From positions 1-59,100 of the forward strand of contig JAUWYL010000004.1 in NCBI GenBank assembly GCA_030615855.1: DNA of 59,100 nucleotides. The letters run 5' to 3'. Positions 46,681 through 56,014 of the stretch are shown piece by piece. A program made the position numbers and the translations under genes. The notes beneath the pieces were generated by a model, which worked only from the letters and a program-made list of their open reading frames with translations, had not been told where the DNA came from and ran no database searches. Source of the stretch: a bacterium (lineage in GTDB: Bacteria; UBP18; UBA7526). Each line of letters starts with the position of its first letter. The stretch's first letter is position 1.

Positions 46681-47226
46681 CTTTTTATAAAAAGTAAGAA
46701 CCGTATCTCCGTATCTCTCTTGCCTAATCTGAATTAGTGAGCCAATTTCCTTATCTAAATTAAGGGATTTATGATGTTCGGCAATGACTAAAGTAGTAAT
46801 TTTCAATATATCACTTTTTGCCAGTGCTTGCAAGGTATTTTTTACTAATCTACTTTCGTAAGGTGGATCCAGAAATATGATATCAAATCTCTTCTTTTCC
46901 TTGCTCAGATTACCGATTGCTTTCAGGACATTATTTCGAGGGATCTTAAGACCCTCTTCAGGATGCAAGAAGCCTAAATTGGTACGGATTAATCTTATCG
47001 CAGAAGGATGATTATCAATAAAGATGACCTCTTTCGCCCCCCGGCTTAAGGCCTCAATCCCGATCTGCCCGCTTCCCGCATATAAGTCAAGAAAGCTCGC
47101 GCCAACTACCCTATTGCCCAAGATATTAAATAGTGCCTCCTTCACCCGCATAGGGGTAGGCCTCATCTTAACGCTCTTCAGAGTCTTCAGCCTTCTTCCC
47201 CTAAACTCTCCCCCAATTATTCTCAT
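46666..47226 (-). CDS. rsmD: 16S rRNA m2G966 methyltransferase
   Basis: MRIIGG, RPT, LDLYAGSG, DPPY, YGDT. Confidence 0.95.
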   Translation of the reverse strand: MRIIGGEFRGRRLKTLKSVKMRPTPMRVKEALFNILGNRVVGASFLDLYAGSGQIGIEALSRGAKEVIFIDNHPSAIRLIRTNLGFLHPEEGLKIPRNNVLKAIGNLSKEKKRFDIIFLDPPYESRLVKNTLQALAKSDILKITTLVIAEHHKSLNLDKEIGSLIQIRQERYGDTVLTFYKKIVGE

Positions 47227-47239
47227 CTTCTCCTCTTAT

Positions 47240-47371
47240 ATTTTACATTGAGCATTGAACATTTAACAATGAACATTTTGCATTGAACATTGAACATTTT
47301 GCATTTTGCCTGTCTGCCGACAAGGCAGGCACTTTGCATTTTTCATTGATCTATTTTCCCCTTTCCTACTC
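47240..47371. repeat. heptamer array with a nested GCCTGTCT...AGGCAGGC hairpin (47308-47330)
   Basis: read directly. Confidence 0.7.
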
Positions 47372-47382
47372 ATAACCCCTGA

Positions 47383-48846
47383 TTAAAGAGACTGAAGAAT
47401 AGTAGCCAAGTTACAATCGGCACAACCTACCTCTTCATTTCCACAGTAGTTGTTAAATATCTGATAGAGAGCCTGCTGGTGCCGGGCGCTATTTATCTTC
47501 TTTCTGCCGAAGAGATGGTGGGTGACAAACTTAGTAATGCGATCATTTCCTGAAGAGGGTTGGGAGGTATAGATGCGGTGCAATATTCCTTCCAGCCCTC
47601 GATCCTTCTTCTTTCGGGCATAGGCAAGCATGGCTGGGATGAGGGCGTTAATGAGAATGATAACTGCCCGCTCCCTTCCGATAAGTCTCACTGGTCTCTT
47701 CTTCCTCCTGCCTCCCCAGCTATAACGGTAGTTCCAGTAATTATCCTCTTCTGGATTAAAGACCCTTAATAGATATTGAAGTAACGCTTCCTGATTGACA
47801 ATAACTTTCTTAAAGAAACTAAAGATATTTCTATTGGAGTACCTGGCTAAGAAATGGCTCATTCCTGCTATCCTCCGGCTGGGAAGGTTGGCCGGCCTCG
47901 TCTGTAGGGGCCTCCATCCCCGGGACTCTATTACGCGAGTCTGGAATTTTTTAGGTATCTTTTCCCAAAGTTCTTTTACCACCTGAAGATACCTTATACT
48001 CTCCCGGTCATATCCTCTTTGAGGCTTTTCGGGAAGTAATCCGGAGACTCCAAAGAGGAATGCCTGAAGGCTTTTCACCTTCTCTTTAGCGGTTACTTTC
48101 TGCATTATACCTCGAATATCCTTAATAGTCGCTTTTTGGGCTAACTCCAGAAACTCTCCCTTTAATCCCCTATATCCTAGGCCAATCATAATCTCTTCAT
48201 AGAGGGACTCTTCCCAGCCAACGCTATCTGCCCTTTTTCTAAAGTATTCTGCTTTCTTCAAAATACGGGCATCCCCCGCTAAGTCGAGAAATTGGGTTAT
48301 GCTCTCTGGATCTACCTCTTTGATCTCTAGATAACAGGGGCCAAAATCAGCGCTACTGGCTAAGGGATACTTCTCTGGACTTATACTTTCTTTAAGTGTC
48401 TCTAAGTCATTAGAGAGATAAGAAGAAAGGATTAGCTGAGGTATTTTTCTACCTTTTATATCTCGAATAGATTTTTTATTTCTATCATCCCAGAGGGCGA
48501 TATGGAGGATTATCTTGTCATAGCGGGGGTCTTTGTGGTGACCGTGACCTTTCCAGTCCGAGGTATAGACGTGGGCCTCGATCTCACCTTTCAATCGTTT
48601 CCCTTCTATCTCTATCTCTGCCTGGCAAAAGTCGGCTCCTTCCCCAGTATTCCACCATCCAGGTGAGATAATCTTTATTCTTTTACCACCTAAGGTCTTG
48701 AGCCTATTCTTCTTGATTAACTGGTCCAGCCAGATGCACCTCACCAGCCTCTCTCTAACTCTCTCCGGTGCCTTTTCTCTTACCAGTAGTACTTCATCCC
48801 ACAAGTGGTAATAACGATCAGAAAAACAATGCCCCTCTTCTCCCAT
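47383..48846 (-). CDS. DUF2851-family protein
   Basis: PGWWN..GADF, G.IE.H...W..HGH..DP.Y...ILH, RPAN.P, C-terminal cysteines. Confidence 0.8.
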   Translation of the reverse strand: MGEEGHCFSDRYYHLWDEVLLVREKAPERVRERLVRCIWLDQLIKKNRLKTLGGKRIKIISPGWWNTGEGADFCQAEIEIEGKRLKGEIEAHVYTSDWKGHGHHKDPRYDKIILHIALWDDRNKKSIRDIKGRKIPQLILSSYLSNDLETLKESISPEKYPLASSADFGPCYLEIKEVDPESITQFLDLAGDARILKKAEYFRKRADSVGWEESLYEEIMIGLGYRGLKGEFLELAQKATIKDIRGIMQKVTAKEKVKSLQAFLFGVSGLLPEKPQRGYDRESIRYLQVVKELWEKIPKKFQTRVIESRGWRPLQTRPANLPSRRIAGMSHFLARYSNRNIFSFFKKVIVNQEALLQYLLRVFNPEEDNYWNYRYSWGGRRKKRPVRLIGRERAVIILINALIPAMLAYARKKKDRGLEGILHRIYTSQPSSGNDRITKFVTHHLFGRKKINSARHQQALYQIFNNYCGNEEVGCADCNLATILQSL

Positions 48847-48875
48847 CTCACTATTCTTCCTAATAGTTTCTTATT

Positions 48876-49055
48876 CCCCGTAAAGTCGCTACGCTTCCAC
48901 GGGGCCCTGTACCATATGGTTCAGGACGGGGTAGACCGCGTCCTTTCTTTATTCGCGACCATTCGCGGTGTTTTTTCATTCGCGTTTATTCGCGTTTTCG
49001 CGATGATTCGCGTTCTCGTATTTTCGCTCCGTGCCATTCGCGTTGATTCGTGTTC
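48876..49055. repeat. CCCCG/CGGGG hairpins followed by an ATTCGCG array
   Basis: read directly. Confidence 0.7.
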
Positions 49056-51117
49056 AGCTGATCTCCAATCCTCCTTTGAATTTTGAGAGGAGGCTCTTTC
49101 TTATTAGTCTATGCTCTGGTTTTTTTAGATTGGGATCTTTCTTTATGAAGGTAAAGGCTTCTTGGCGGGCGGTTTCTAAAAGTCTCTGATCTCTTAAGAG
49201 ATTGGCGATTTTTAAGTCCGGTAGGCCATGCTGTCTGGTTCCGAAGAATTCACCCGGCCCCCGAAGTTCCAGATCCTCCTCTGCGATCTGGAAGCCATCC
49301 CCAGTCTCGGTCATGACTTTTATTCTTCTCTTGCCTTCAAATGTCCGAGGAATGGCGAACATCAAACAGTAGGACTGGTATTCTCCCCTTCCAATGCGGC
49401 CTCTCAACTGATGGAGTTGGGCCAGTCCAAAGCGCTGGGCATCCTCAATAAGCATGATAGAGGCATTGGAGATGTCGATCCCCACCTCAATGACCGTGGT
49501 GGAGACTAAGATATTCATCTTTTTATTCTTAAAATCGGTCATTATTCTCTCTTTCTCATCACCAGGCATCTGACCGTGGATGAGTCCCACTCTGAAATTA
49601 GGAAAGACCTCTTCTTGAAGGTGCTTCTGCATCTCGGTGGCTGCCTTTAACTCTTCCATCTTCTCTGATTCTGAGACTAAAGGATAGACGATATATGCCT
49701 GGCGTCCCTTCTTTATCTCATTCTCAATGAAGAGGTAGATATTCCTTCTCTGGCTCTGGGGAACCCAGTAAGTAGTGATTCCTTTTCTTCCCGGGGGCAT
49801 CTCATCCAGGACAGATATATTGAGGTCTCCATAGACAGTAAGGGCTAAGGTTCTTGGTATGGGGGTAGCGGTCATGACTAAGACATCGGGGGTCAGGCCC
49901 TTCTTTCGCAAGGTTGCCCTCTGTAATACCCCGAACTTATGCTGCTCATCGATAATGATTAGCCCCAGTTTGGCGAACTTCGCTGCCTCCTGAACCAAGG
50001 TATGGGTTCCAATGATGATGTCGACCTTTCCTTCCTCTACCTTTTTGCGGATCCTCTTCTTTTCCTTCTCACGCGTGCTCCCAATCAATAGTTCTATCCT
50101 TATCTTAAGAGGGATAAGAAGTTGCTGCAGGGTGAGATAATGCTGTTGGGCCAGGATCTCTGTAGGAGCCATGATCGCCCCCTGATAGCCATCTTCTATC
50201 GCTTTTAGTAGAGCATAGACAGCAACTACAGTCTTTCCGCTCCCCACATCTCCCTGAAGGAGTCTGTTCATAGGTTTATCTTGCTGCATATCGGAAATAA
50301 TCTCACCGATTACCCTTCTCTGAGCAGAGGTGAGTTCAAAGGGCAGGAGTTGGGAGAACTTCCCAATAAGCTCCCCAGGCTTCCTATACCTTATTCCCTT
50401 TCCCACCTCTTCTATTTTTTTCTTCCGTAGAGCAATTCCTAATTGTAGTAGAAAGAATTCATCGAAGACCAGCCTCTTCCGGGCATCCTGATAATTCCTT
50501 CTTATTCTTGGAAAATGGATACTATTTATTGCCTGCGAAATTCTTATTAGTTTATTCCTCCTTCTGATGTCAAGGGGCAAGGGCTCGGGCAAGGAAGAGG
50601 CATATTCATCAAGGACTCTTTTAACAATGGTCCTTAGGTACTTTTGGTTTATTCCCTCTGTCAGGTTATATACCGGAACAATCCTCAAGGTATTAAGTAA
50701 TTCCTTTTCTTCTTCAATTATCTCATAGGCAAAGTTCTTTATCTCTGTCTTCTTATACTTCTTCTCCACTGTTCCGCTTATGGCTATCTTCGTCCCTTCC
50801 TTTAGATATTCTATTAGATAAGGCTGATTATACCAGTCGGCATAGGCGATCCCGGTCCCATCATCAATGGCCACCTTAATGATCTCCAAACCTTTTCTGG
50901 GTCTAATAACACTCCTTACCTTAATTACTCCCGTTATAGTGGCATACTCCCCATCCAAGAGGCCTGCGATGGGCTTGGGGCGACTGCGATCAGAATGAGT
51001 CCGGGGAAAGTAATATAAGAGGTCCTCAATGGTCTCGATTCCCAATCTATTCAGGATGCGTACCCTCTTGGGGCCCACCCCTTTTACATATTGAACAGAA
51101 TCGGATAGTTTGGTCAT
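49054..51117 (-). CDS. recG: ATP-dependent DNA helicase RecG
   Basis: QGDVGSGKT, DEQH, MTATPIPR, QLRGR.GR; upstream ORF extension is repeat-derived. Confidence 0.97.
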   Translation of the reverse strand: MTKLSDSVQYVKGVGPKRVRILNRLGIETIEDLLYYFPRTHSDRSRPKPIAGLLDGEYATITGVIKVRSVIRPRKGLEIIKVAIDDGTGIAYADWYNQPYLIEYLKEGTKIAISGTVEKKYKKTEIKNFAYEIIEEEKELLNTLRIVPVYNLTEGINQKYLRTIVKRVLDEYASSLPEPLPLDIRRRNKLIRISQAINSIHFPRIRRNYQDARKRLVFDEFFLLQLGIALRKKKIEEVGKGIRYRKPGELIGKFSQLLPFELTSAQRRVIGEIISDMQQDKPMNRLLQGDVGSGKTVVAVYALLKAIEDGYQGAIMAPTEILAQQHYLTLQQLLIPLKIRIELLIGSTREKEKKRIRKKVEEGKVDIIIGTHTLVQEAAKFAKLGLIIIDEQHKFGVLQRATLRKKGLTPDVLVMTATPIPRTLALTVYGDLNISVLDEMPPGRKGITTYWVPQSQRRNIYLFIENEIKKGRQAYIVYPLVSESEKMEELKAATEMQKHLQEEVFPNFRVGLIHGQMPGDEKERIMTDFKNKKMNILVSTTVIEVGIDISNASIMLIEDAQRFGLAQLHQLRGRIGRGEYQSYCLMFAIPRTFEGKRRIKVMTETGDGFQIAEEDLELRGPGEFFGTRQHGLPDLKIANLLRDQRLLETARQEAFTFIKKDPNLKKPEHRLIRKSLLSKFKGGLEIS

Positions 51118-51178
51118 GGCTTGCCTCATTACAAGTGTAGAAGTAACCAGTAACCAGCGAACAGTAACCAGTAAAAAC

Positions 51179-51296
51179 ATAGAATATCAGTATATCAGAA
51201 CATCAGAATGAGAATTCAGAAGGTCAGAATATCAGATTTTGTCTGATTTCTGATAACTGACCCTTTTTATCTGGTATTCTGATTATCTGGTACTCT
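51179..51296. repeat. inverted ATCAGA / TCTGAT array; inverted second copy at 52388-52610
   Basis: 51179-51228 is the reverse complement of 52561-52610 at 45/50. Confidence 0.8.
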
Positions 51297-51334
51297 TTTA
51301 TTTTTACTGTAAACTGTAAACTATGAGAAATTGC

Positions 51335-51363
51335 TTGCAAAAGTTTTTCTTTTATGTTAGTAT
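51335..51363 (+). promoter_or_regulatory. rpmB promoter
   Basis: TTGCAA-17 bp-TAGTAT with TG. Confidence 0.6.
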
Positions 51364-51384
51364 TCTTTATGCGGGGGGGGTACC

Positions 51385-51573
51385 ATGAAAGTCTGTGCAA
51401 TATGTGGAAAAGGAATAAGATCAGGTCATAAGATCAGTCATGCCCATAAGTTATCTAAGAGGAAATGGCATCCCAATATCCAGAGAGTAAAGGTAATTAT
51501 GGGTGGTACGGTCAAGAGAATCTATGTCTGCACCAAATGTCTCAAGAGCGGAAAAGTAAAGAAAGCCATCTAA
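51385..51573 (+). CDS. rpmB: 50S ribosomal protein bL28
   Basis: CAICGK...SHAH...R.W.PNIQ...CTKC. Confidence 0.96.
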   Translation: MKVCAICGKGIRSGHKISHAHKLSKRKWHPNIQRVKVIMGGTVKRIYVCTKCLKSGKVKKAI

Positions 51574-51664
51574 GACGCGAATTGCAACCGCCGAGACGCA
51601 AAATTTAACTGAAAAACGCAAAAAAGAAAAGGACGTGAATTAACACAACTGAAATTAAAAGATT

Positions 51665-51865
51665 CTATTTATTTTTTAGAAGATTGTTTAAATCCTCAAT
51701 TATTTTTTGAGGATTGACATCGTTAATCCTGGCGATGGCCTCAATAGTTTCTGTCAAGGCTCCCATAGTAAGAATATGCTCCAAGCCATATTTAGTAAAT
51801 ACTCCCCTTGCTTCAGGATGCATCTCCAAGGCTTCGCCAATTAGGGTATATTTAGTAACTCTCAT
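51665..51865 (-). CDS. DUF1858-like small protein
   Basis: TK...I.E.L..HPE...VF.KYGL...ETIE. Confidence 0.65.
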   Translation of the reverse strand: MRVTKYTLIGEALEMHPEARGVFTKYGLEHILTMGALTETIEAIARINDVNPQKIIEDLNNLLKNK

Positions 51866-51867
51866 CT

Positions 51868-52368
51868 TTAGAAAATTCTTACTAAGACTAAGATTATCAT
51901 TACTATTGCTAAGATAATCTTGGTGAGGATGCCGCCAATCCTGCCCGTGAAGGTTCCCCAGCCTGCTCGCAATGCCTGAGCAGGTTTTTTCTTTACTATT
52001 AGTTCCATAAGAAAGGCGCCAGAGAAGGCGCCGATTAATAGTCCAATCACTGAACCGACAAGAGGAAGAATTCCCGTTCCCACTATCCCGCCTAAAATTC
52101 CTCCTATAATCGCTCCAATAATTCCTGCCCGAGAAGCCCCAAACTTCTTCGCTCCAAATATTCCAGCAAAGTACTCCATCAATTCTCCAAAGAGAGCGAT
52201 TCCTAAGAGAATCCAGATTAGGGCTTGGGTAATCTGGGCGAAGTGGGTAATTATCCCATATATGAGACTCGCTAAAAAAATGACGAATGTTCCCGGAATA
52301 CCAAAGGGAATGACAATCAGGGCAGCAACTAAGATAATGATGAAGATAACGATTCCTGCGGTATGCAT
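51868..52368 (-). CDS. DUF456-family membrane protein
   Basis: PG, GAKKFGAS..G..GA..G; start uncertain. Confidence 0.8.
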   Translation of the reverse strand: MHTAGIVIFIIILVAALIVIPFGIPGTFVIFLASLIYGIITHFAQITQALIWILLGIALFGELMEYFAGIFGAKKFGASRAGIIGAIIGGILGGIVGTGILPLVGSVIGLLIGAFSGAFLMELIVKKKPAQALRAGWGTFTGRIGGILTKIILAIVMIILVLVRIF

Positions 52369-52387
52369 ACTTTCTTCCAAATTGGTA

Positions 52388-52610
52388 GTAGAATATCAGA
52401 TGGAGAAGGAAGGCCAGCTATCAGAGAGGCCAGAATACCAGGATGAGGGTGAGTTGTGGGTTATGAGTCGGGTTGTGGGGGTGAGGGTGGGGAACATATC
52501 CCCATCCACACAACACACTACCCGACACACTACTCACTACCCATCCTTACCCTTAATTAATCTGACCTTCTGAATTCTCGTTCTGATGTTCTGATGTTCT
52601 GATGCTCTAT
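52388..52610. repeat. ATCAGA/TCTGAT element with a heptamer hairpin array nested in its loop (~52447-52545)
   Basis: GAGTTGT/GGGTTAT versus CACAACA/CACTACC arms. Confidence 0.75.
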
Positions 52611-52613
52611 TTC

Positions 52614-54854
52614 TTATCTTCTTGCTCTCTTCTGCCAGGCAACGAGGATGGGGCTGGCGACAAAGATGGAGGAATAGGTTCCTACGATAATCCCTACTAA
52701 AAGGGCAAAGGCGAAGTCATGGATTACCTCTCCTCCCAGAAAGAAGAGACATAGAACAACGACCAGGGTGGTTAGCGAAGTGAGAAGCGTCCGGGAAAGG
52801 GTCTCGTTTATACTAATATTAACCATAACCTCATAAGGTTCTTTTCTCAATATCTTGGTATTCCTGCGTATTCGATCAAAGACCACAATAGTATCATTCA
52901 ATGAATAGCCCACGATGGTCAATAAGGCAGCAATGATGGGTAGGGAGAACTCCTTTCCCGTTAGAGAGAAAGCACCGATGGTAATCAAGACATCATGGAA
53001 TAAAGCAATTATGGCAGCGATGGCGAATTTTAACTCAAACCTCCAGGCAATATAGATGAGTATCCCGATCAGAGCCCATAACAGAGCAAGGAGGGCTGCC
53101 TTTCTTAGGTCCTTACCCACCTCCGGGCCTACCATCTCCCGTCGCTGGACCTCTTCTAATTTAAAGGCCTGGGAAAACTTACTTACAATAGTAGTAGCAG
53201 CATCTTTAGTGCTTCTGATGATCATTCCCTTGCCAGTATCGAACTGCTGGATGGTACTTGCTCCCAGTCCGATCTCGGATAGGGCTCTCCTTCCCTCATC
53301 CGCATTAATGGGAGAGGTGAATTTTAATTGCACTAAGCTCCCTCCCCTGAAATCGATACCAAAGTTCTTCTTTATTCCCAATAATTTATCCTCTCCCTTG
53401 GTCACAAAAGAAACCAGCCCAACAACAATTAGAAGGATGGAAAAAGCAAAAGCAATCTTGCGCCTATTTATGAAGTCTATTCTGGTGGGGCCGATGAGGC
53501 TTGCCATGGAGAGTCTCTTAAATCTCCTTCTGCTAGTTAAGAATTCGAAGATAGCACGAGAGACTATAAGGGCAGAGAACATGCTGGCCAGTATCCCAAT
53601 GGATAGCGTAACGGCAAAGCCCTTTACTGGGCCGGTGCCGAACTGGAAGAGAACTAGGGCAGCGATTAATGTGGTGACATTGGCATCCATAATGGTTAAA
53701 AAGGCTTTAGTGTAGCCCCCTTCTACAGAAGCCCGGATCGACTTTCCACTCCTCAGTTCTTCTTTCATTCTCTCAAAGATTAGGACATTGGCATCCACCG
53801 CCATACCGATGGTCAATATGATACCAGCAATTCCCGGAAGGGTAAGGGTGGCACCGAAGCCGGCTAAGGCCGCTAAGAGAAGAAGGAGAGTTAGAAAAAG
53901 AGCGAAGTTAGCGATAAGACCTGAGAAACGATAACAAATAAGCATGAAGAGGGCAACCAGGACCAACCCCAGAATAGCTGCTCTTACCCCCTTATTGATA
54001 GAGTCCAGGCCTAAGGAAGGACCAACCGTCCGCTCCTCGATCTTCTCCACAGAACTGGGTAGGGCACCGCACCTCAAGACTACCGCCAGATCCTTTGCCT
54101 CATCCATGGTGAAGCGACCAGTAATGCGAGCTTCGCCACCCGTTATTTTCTCCCTGATTACTGGGGCAGAATAGACTACATCATCGAGGACAACGGCCAA
54201 TTGTTTTCCTACATGCTTCCCGGTCACCTCCTTGAATATTCCCGCCCCCTTTCTGGTAAACTCTAAAGAGACCTCGGGTCGCGCCTCGTAAATCTCTGGA
54301 GCAGCAGTAGATAATTCCCTTCCCGTTAACGCTGGTTCTTTTTCTACTAAGAAGACCCCCTCTTCCTTGCTTTCTGGAATATAGTATCCCGGGGGTATTT
54401 CATTATTCAGTTTGGTTAATAATTTCTCTTTACTATCTGCCCAATCTTTAACTATCTTGAATTCTAAGAGGGCTGTCTTCCCAATGAGTTCTTTCGCCCT
54501 CTCCGGATCCCTTATTCCAGGAAGCTGAATGATGATCCTATTCTTTCCTTGTCTCTGAATCTTGGGCTCTGCTACCCCAAACTCATCGATCCGATTTCTG
54601 ATAATGGTCAAGGCCTGTTCTACAGCGAGATTAGTATCCTTGGCTGATAAATCTTTAGTATCTACTTCTAAGACAAGATGCATCCCTCCCTGGAGGTCCA
54701 GGCCCAGATGGATGGCTCTATCCCTTAATTCCTTCTCTAATTCCCTCTTTTCTGGACTCAATTTATAATACTTAAGGCTGGGATAGAGTTGCCATAGAGC
54801 AAGGCCGATTACCAAAATAATAGCCAATAGTTTAACGAGTCTATTTCTATTCAT
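52614..54854 (-). CDS. secDF: fused protein translocase subunit SecDF
   Basis: LGLDLQGG, GMAVDANVLIFER, GIDFRGG, GYSLNDTIVVFDRIR. Confidence 0.96.
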   Translation of the reverse strand: MNRNRLVKLLAIILVIGLALWQLYPSLKYYKLSPEKRELEKELRDRAIHLGLDLQGGMHLVLEVDTKDLSAKDTNLAVEQALTIIRNRIDEFGVAEPKIQRQGKNRIIIQLPGIRDPERAKELIGKTALLEFKIVKDWADSKEKLLTKLNNEIPPGYYIPESKEEGVFLVEKEPALTGRELSTAAPEIYEARPEVSLEFTRKGAGIFKEVTGKHVGKQLAVVLDDVVYSAPVIREKITGGEARITGRFTMDEAKDLAVVLRCGALPSSVEKIEERTVGPSLGLDSINKGVRAAILGLVLVALFMLICYRFSGLIANFALFLTLLLLLAALAGFGATLTLPGIAGIILTIGMAVDANVLIFERMKEELRSGKSIRASVEGGYTKAFLTIMDANVTTLIAALVLFQFGTGPVKGFAVTLSIGILASMFSALIVSRAIFEFLTSRRRFKRLSMASLIGPTRIDFINRRKIAFAFSILLIVVGLVSFVTKGEDKLLGIKKNFGIDFRGGSLVQLKFTSPINADEGRRALSEIGLGASTIQQFDTGKGMIIRSTKDAATTIVSKFSQAFKLEEVQRREMVGPEVGKDLRKAALLALLWALIGILIYIAWRFELKFAIAAIIALFHDVLITIGAFSLTGKEFSLPIIAALLTIVGYSLNDTIVVFDRIRRNTKILRKEPYEVMVNISINETLSRTLLTSLTTLVVVLCLFFLGGEVIHDFAFALLVGIIVGTYSSIFVASPILVAWQKRARR

Positions 54855-54869
54855 TCTTCCTTTTTCTGG

Positions 54870-54935
54870 TAAGTATACAAGTTAACAAGGATACAAGTTA
54901 ACCCGAAACTTATCAACTTGTCAACTTGTCAACTA
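54870..54935. repeat. inverted 8-bp array (ACAAGTTA / AACTTGTC)
   Basis: read directly. Confidence 0.75.
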
Positions 54936-54936
54936 T

Positions 54937-55602
54937 TTAGAGGAGTTTCACTCCATTTATTACCAATTTGAAGTCACACTTTAAGACCTTGGCGGCCCTT
55001 CTGCAGATCATCATTCGGGATAAGAAGATCTCAAAGTATTCCATAACCTGAGAGATCTTGGTATCGATGGTCAGTTCCAGGGCGATGGTCTTCTTCCTCT
55101 CGTCCGCTCTAACGAAGGAGTGCTCTGCAGCATAATTCACTCTGTCATGAATATCAAAGGTGGCTATATTGGGATTTCTCACCCGTGACCTATGGACATC
55201 CGATTTATCTGCGATGACTAAGGCAGCTGCCTGAGGGGAAGGGGGTTCTCCAATCTCTTCCTCATGATTCCCCACCGCCCCCATGATGATTGCGATATCC
55301 TTATCCTCCATCCCCATCTCTCCCAGGATACGGGAGGCTAAGATGGCTGCTGCTTGGCCATGGTTCGTCCTTCCCGCCACATTGCCAATATCGTGCAAAT
55401 ACCCGGCGATAGCAGCCAGTTCTGCCTCATCTTTGCTATACCCCAAGCGAAGAAGGATATTGCGAGCGATCTTTGCTGTGAGGTCAGCGTGGCGATGGCC
55501 ATGCTCTGTATATCCTATGGCCTCTAATTGCCTATTTGCTCCCTCCAGATAGGCCTGCACCTTCTCATTCTTTACCACATCATTCAAGGTAATTTTTGGC
55601 AT
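54937..55602 (-). CDS. HD-domain phosphohydrolase
   Basis: GYTEH..RH, LHDIGN, ADKSDVHRSRV. Confidence 0.88.
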   Translation of the reverse strand: MPKITLNDVVKNEKVQAYLEGANRQLEAIGYTEHGHRHADLTAKIARNILLRLGYSKDEAELAAIAGYLHDIGNVAGRTNHGQAAAILASRILGEMGMEDKDIAIIMGAVGNHEEEIGEPPSPQAAALVIADKSDVHRSRVRNPNIATFDIHDRVNYAAEHSFVRADERKKTIALELTIDTKISQVMEYFEIFLSRMMICRRAAKVLKCDFKLVINGVKLL

Positions 55603-55619
55603 AATTCCCTCCGTAGTTC

Positions 55620-55701
55620 AGAGATTATAAGGATTAGTACGGAATAGCAAGGATTAGCAAGGATTTTCCCTTCTCATCCCTTCTAGTCCCTGCTTATCCC
55701 T
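55620..55701. repeat. inverted 10-bp array (AAGGATTAGC / ATCCCT)
   Basis: read directly. Confidence 0.75.
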
Positions 55702-56014
55702 ATCGTTTTTTGCGATAGGCGATGGCGCTCTTGGAAACCTGAATCTCCAGCTTCTCCGCCACCTTTAAGGTGACCACATCCTCTTTGATTCTCACAATGG
55801 TTCCATGGATCCCACCATTGGTCACTACCTCATCTCCCCTCTCCAGATTCTGTAGCATCTCCTTATGCTTCTTCTGCTTTATCTGCTGGGGTCGGATGAG
55901 GAGGAAGTAGAAGATGATGAAGATTAAGATTATGGGAACGAAAGGTCCTAAACCTCCTATTCCACCAGGGGCCGCCCCCTCTGGTCTGGGCGCCATGGCA
56001 TATGCCTGATTCAT
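55700..56014 (-). CDS. yajC: preprotein translocase subunit YajC
   Basis: FYFLLIRPQ, GDEVVT.GGIHG. Confidence 0.96.
   Translation of the reverse strand: MNQAYAMAPRPEGAAPGGIGGLGPFVPIILIFIIFYFLLIRPQQIKQKKHKEMLQNLERGDEVVTNGGIHGTIVRIKEDVVTLKVAEKLEIQVSKSAIAYRKKR

Noticed and set aside
48805-49086. 93-aa plus-strand ORF
   Set aside because: Low-complexity translation of the ATTCGCG array.
51385-51573. rpmB on the opposite strand as evidence of inversion
   Set aside because: rpmB divergent from the recG block is a common arrangement.
52614-54854. SecD-SecF fusion as a novelty; 219-aa antisense ORF 53056-53715
   Set aside because: Fused SecDF is widespread; the antisense ORF is a shadow.
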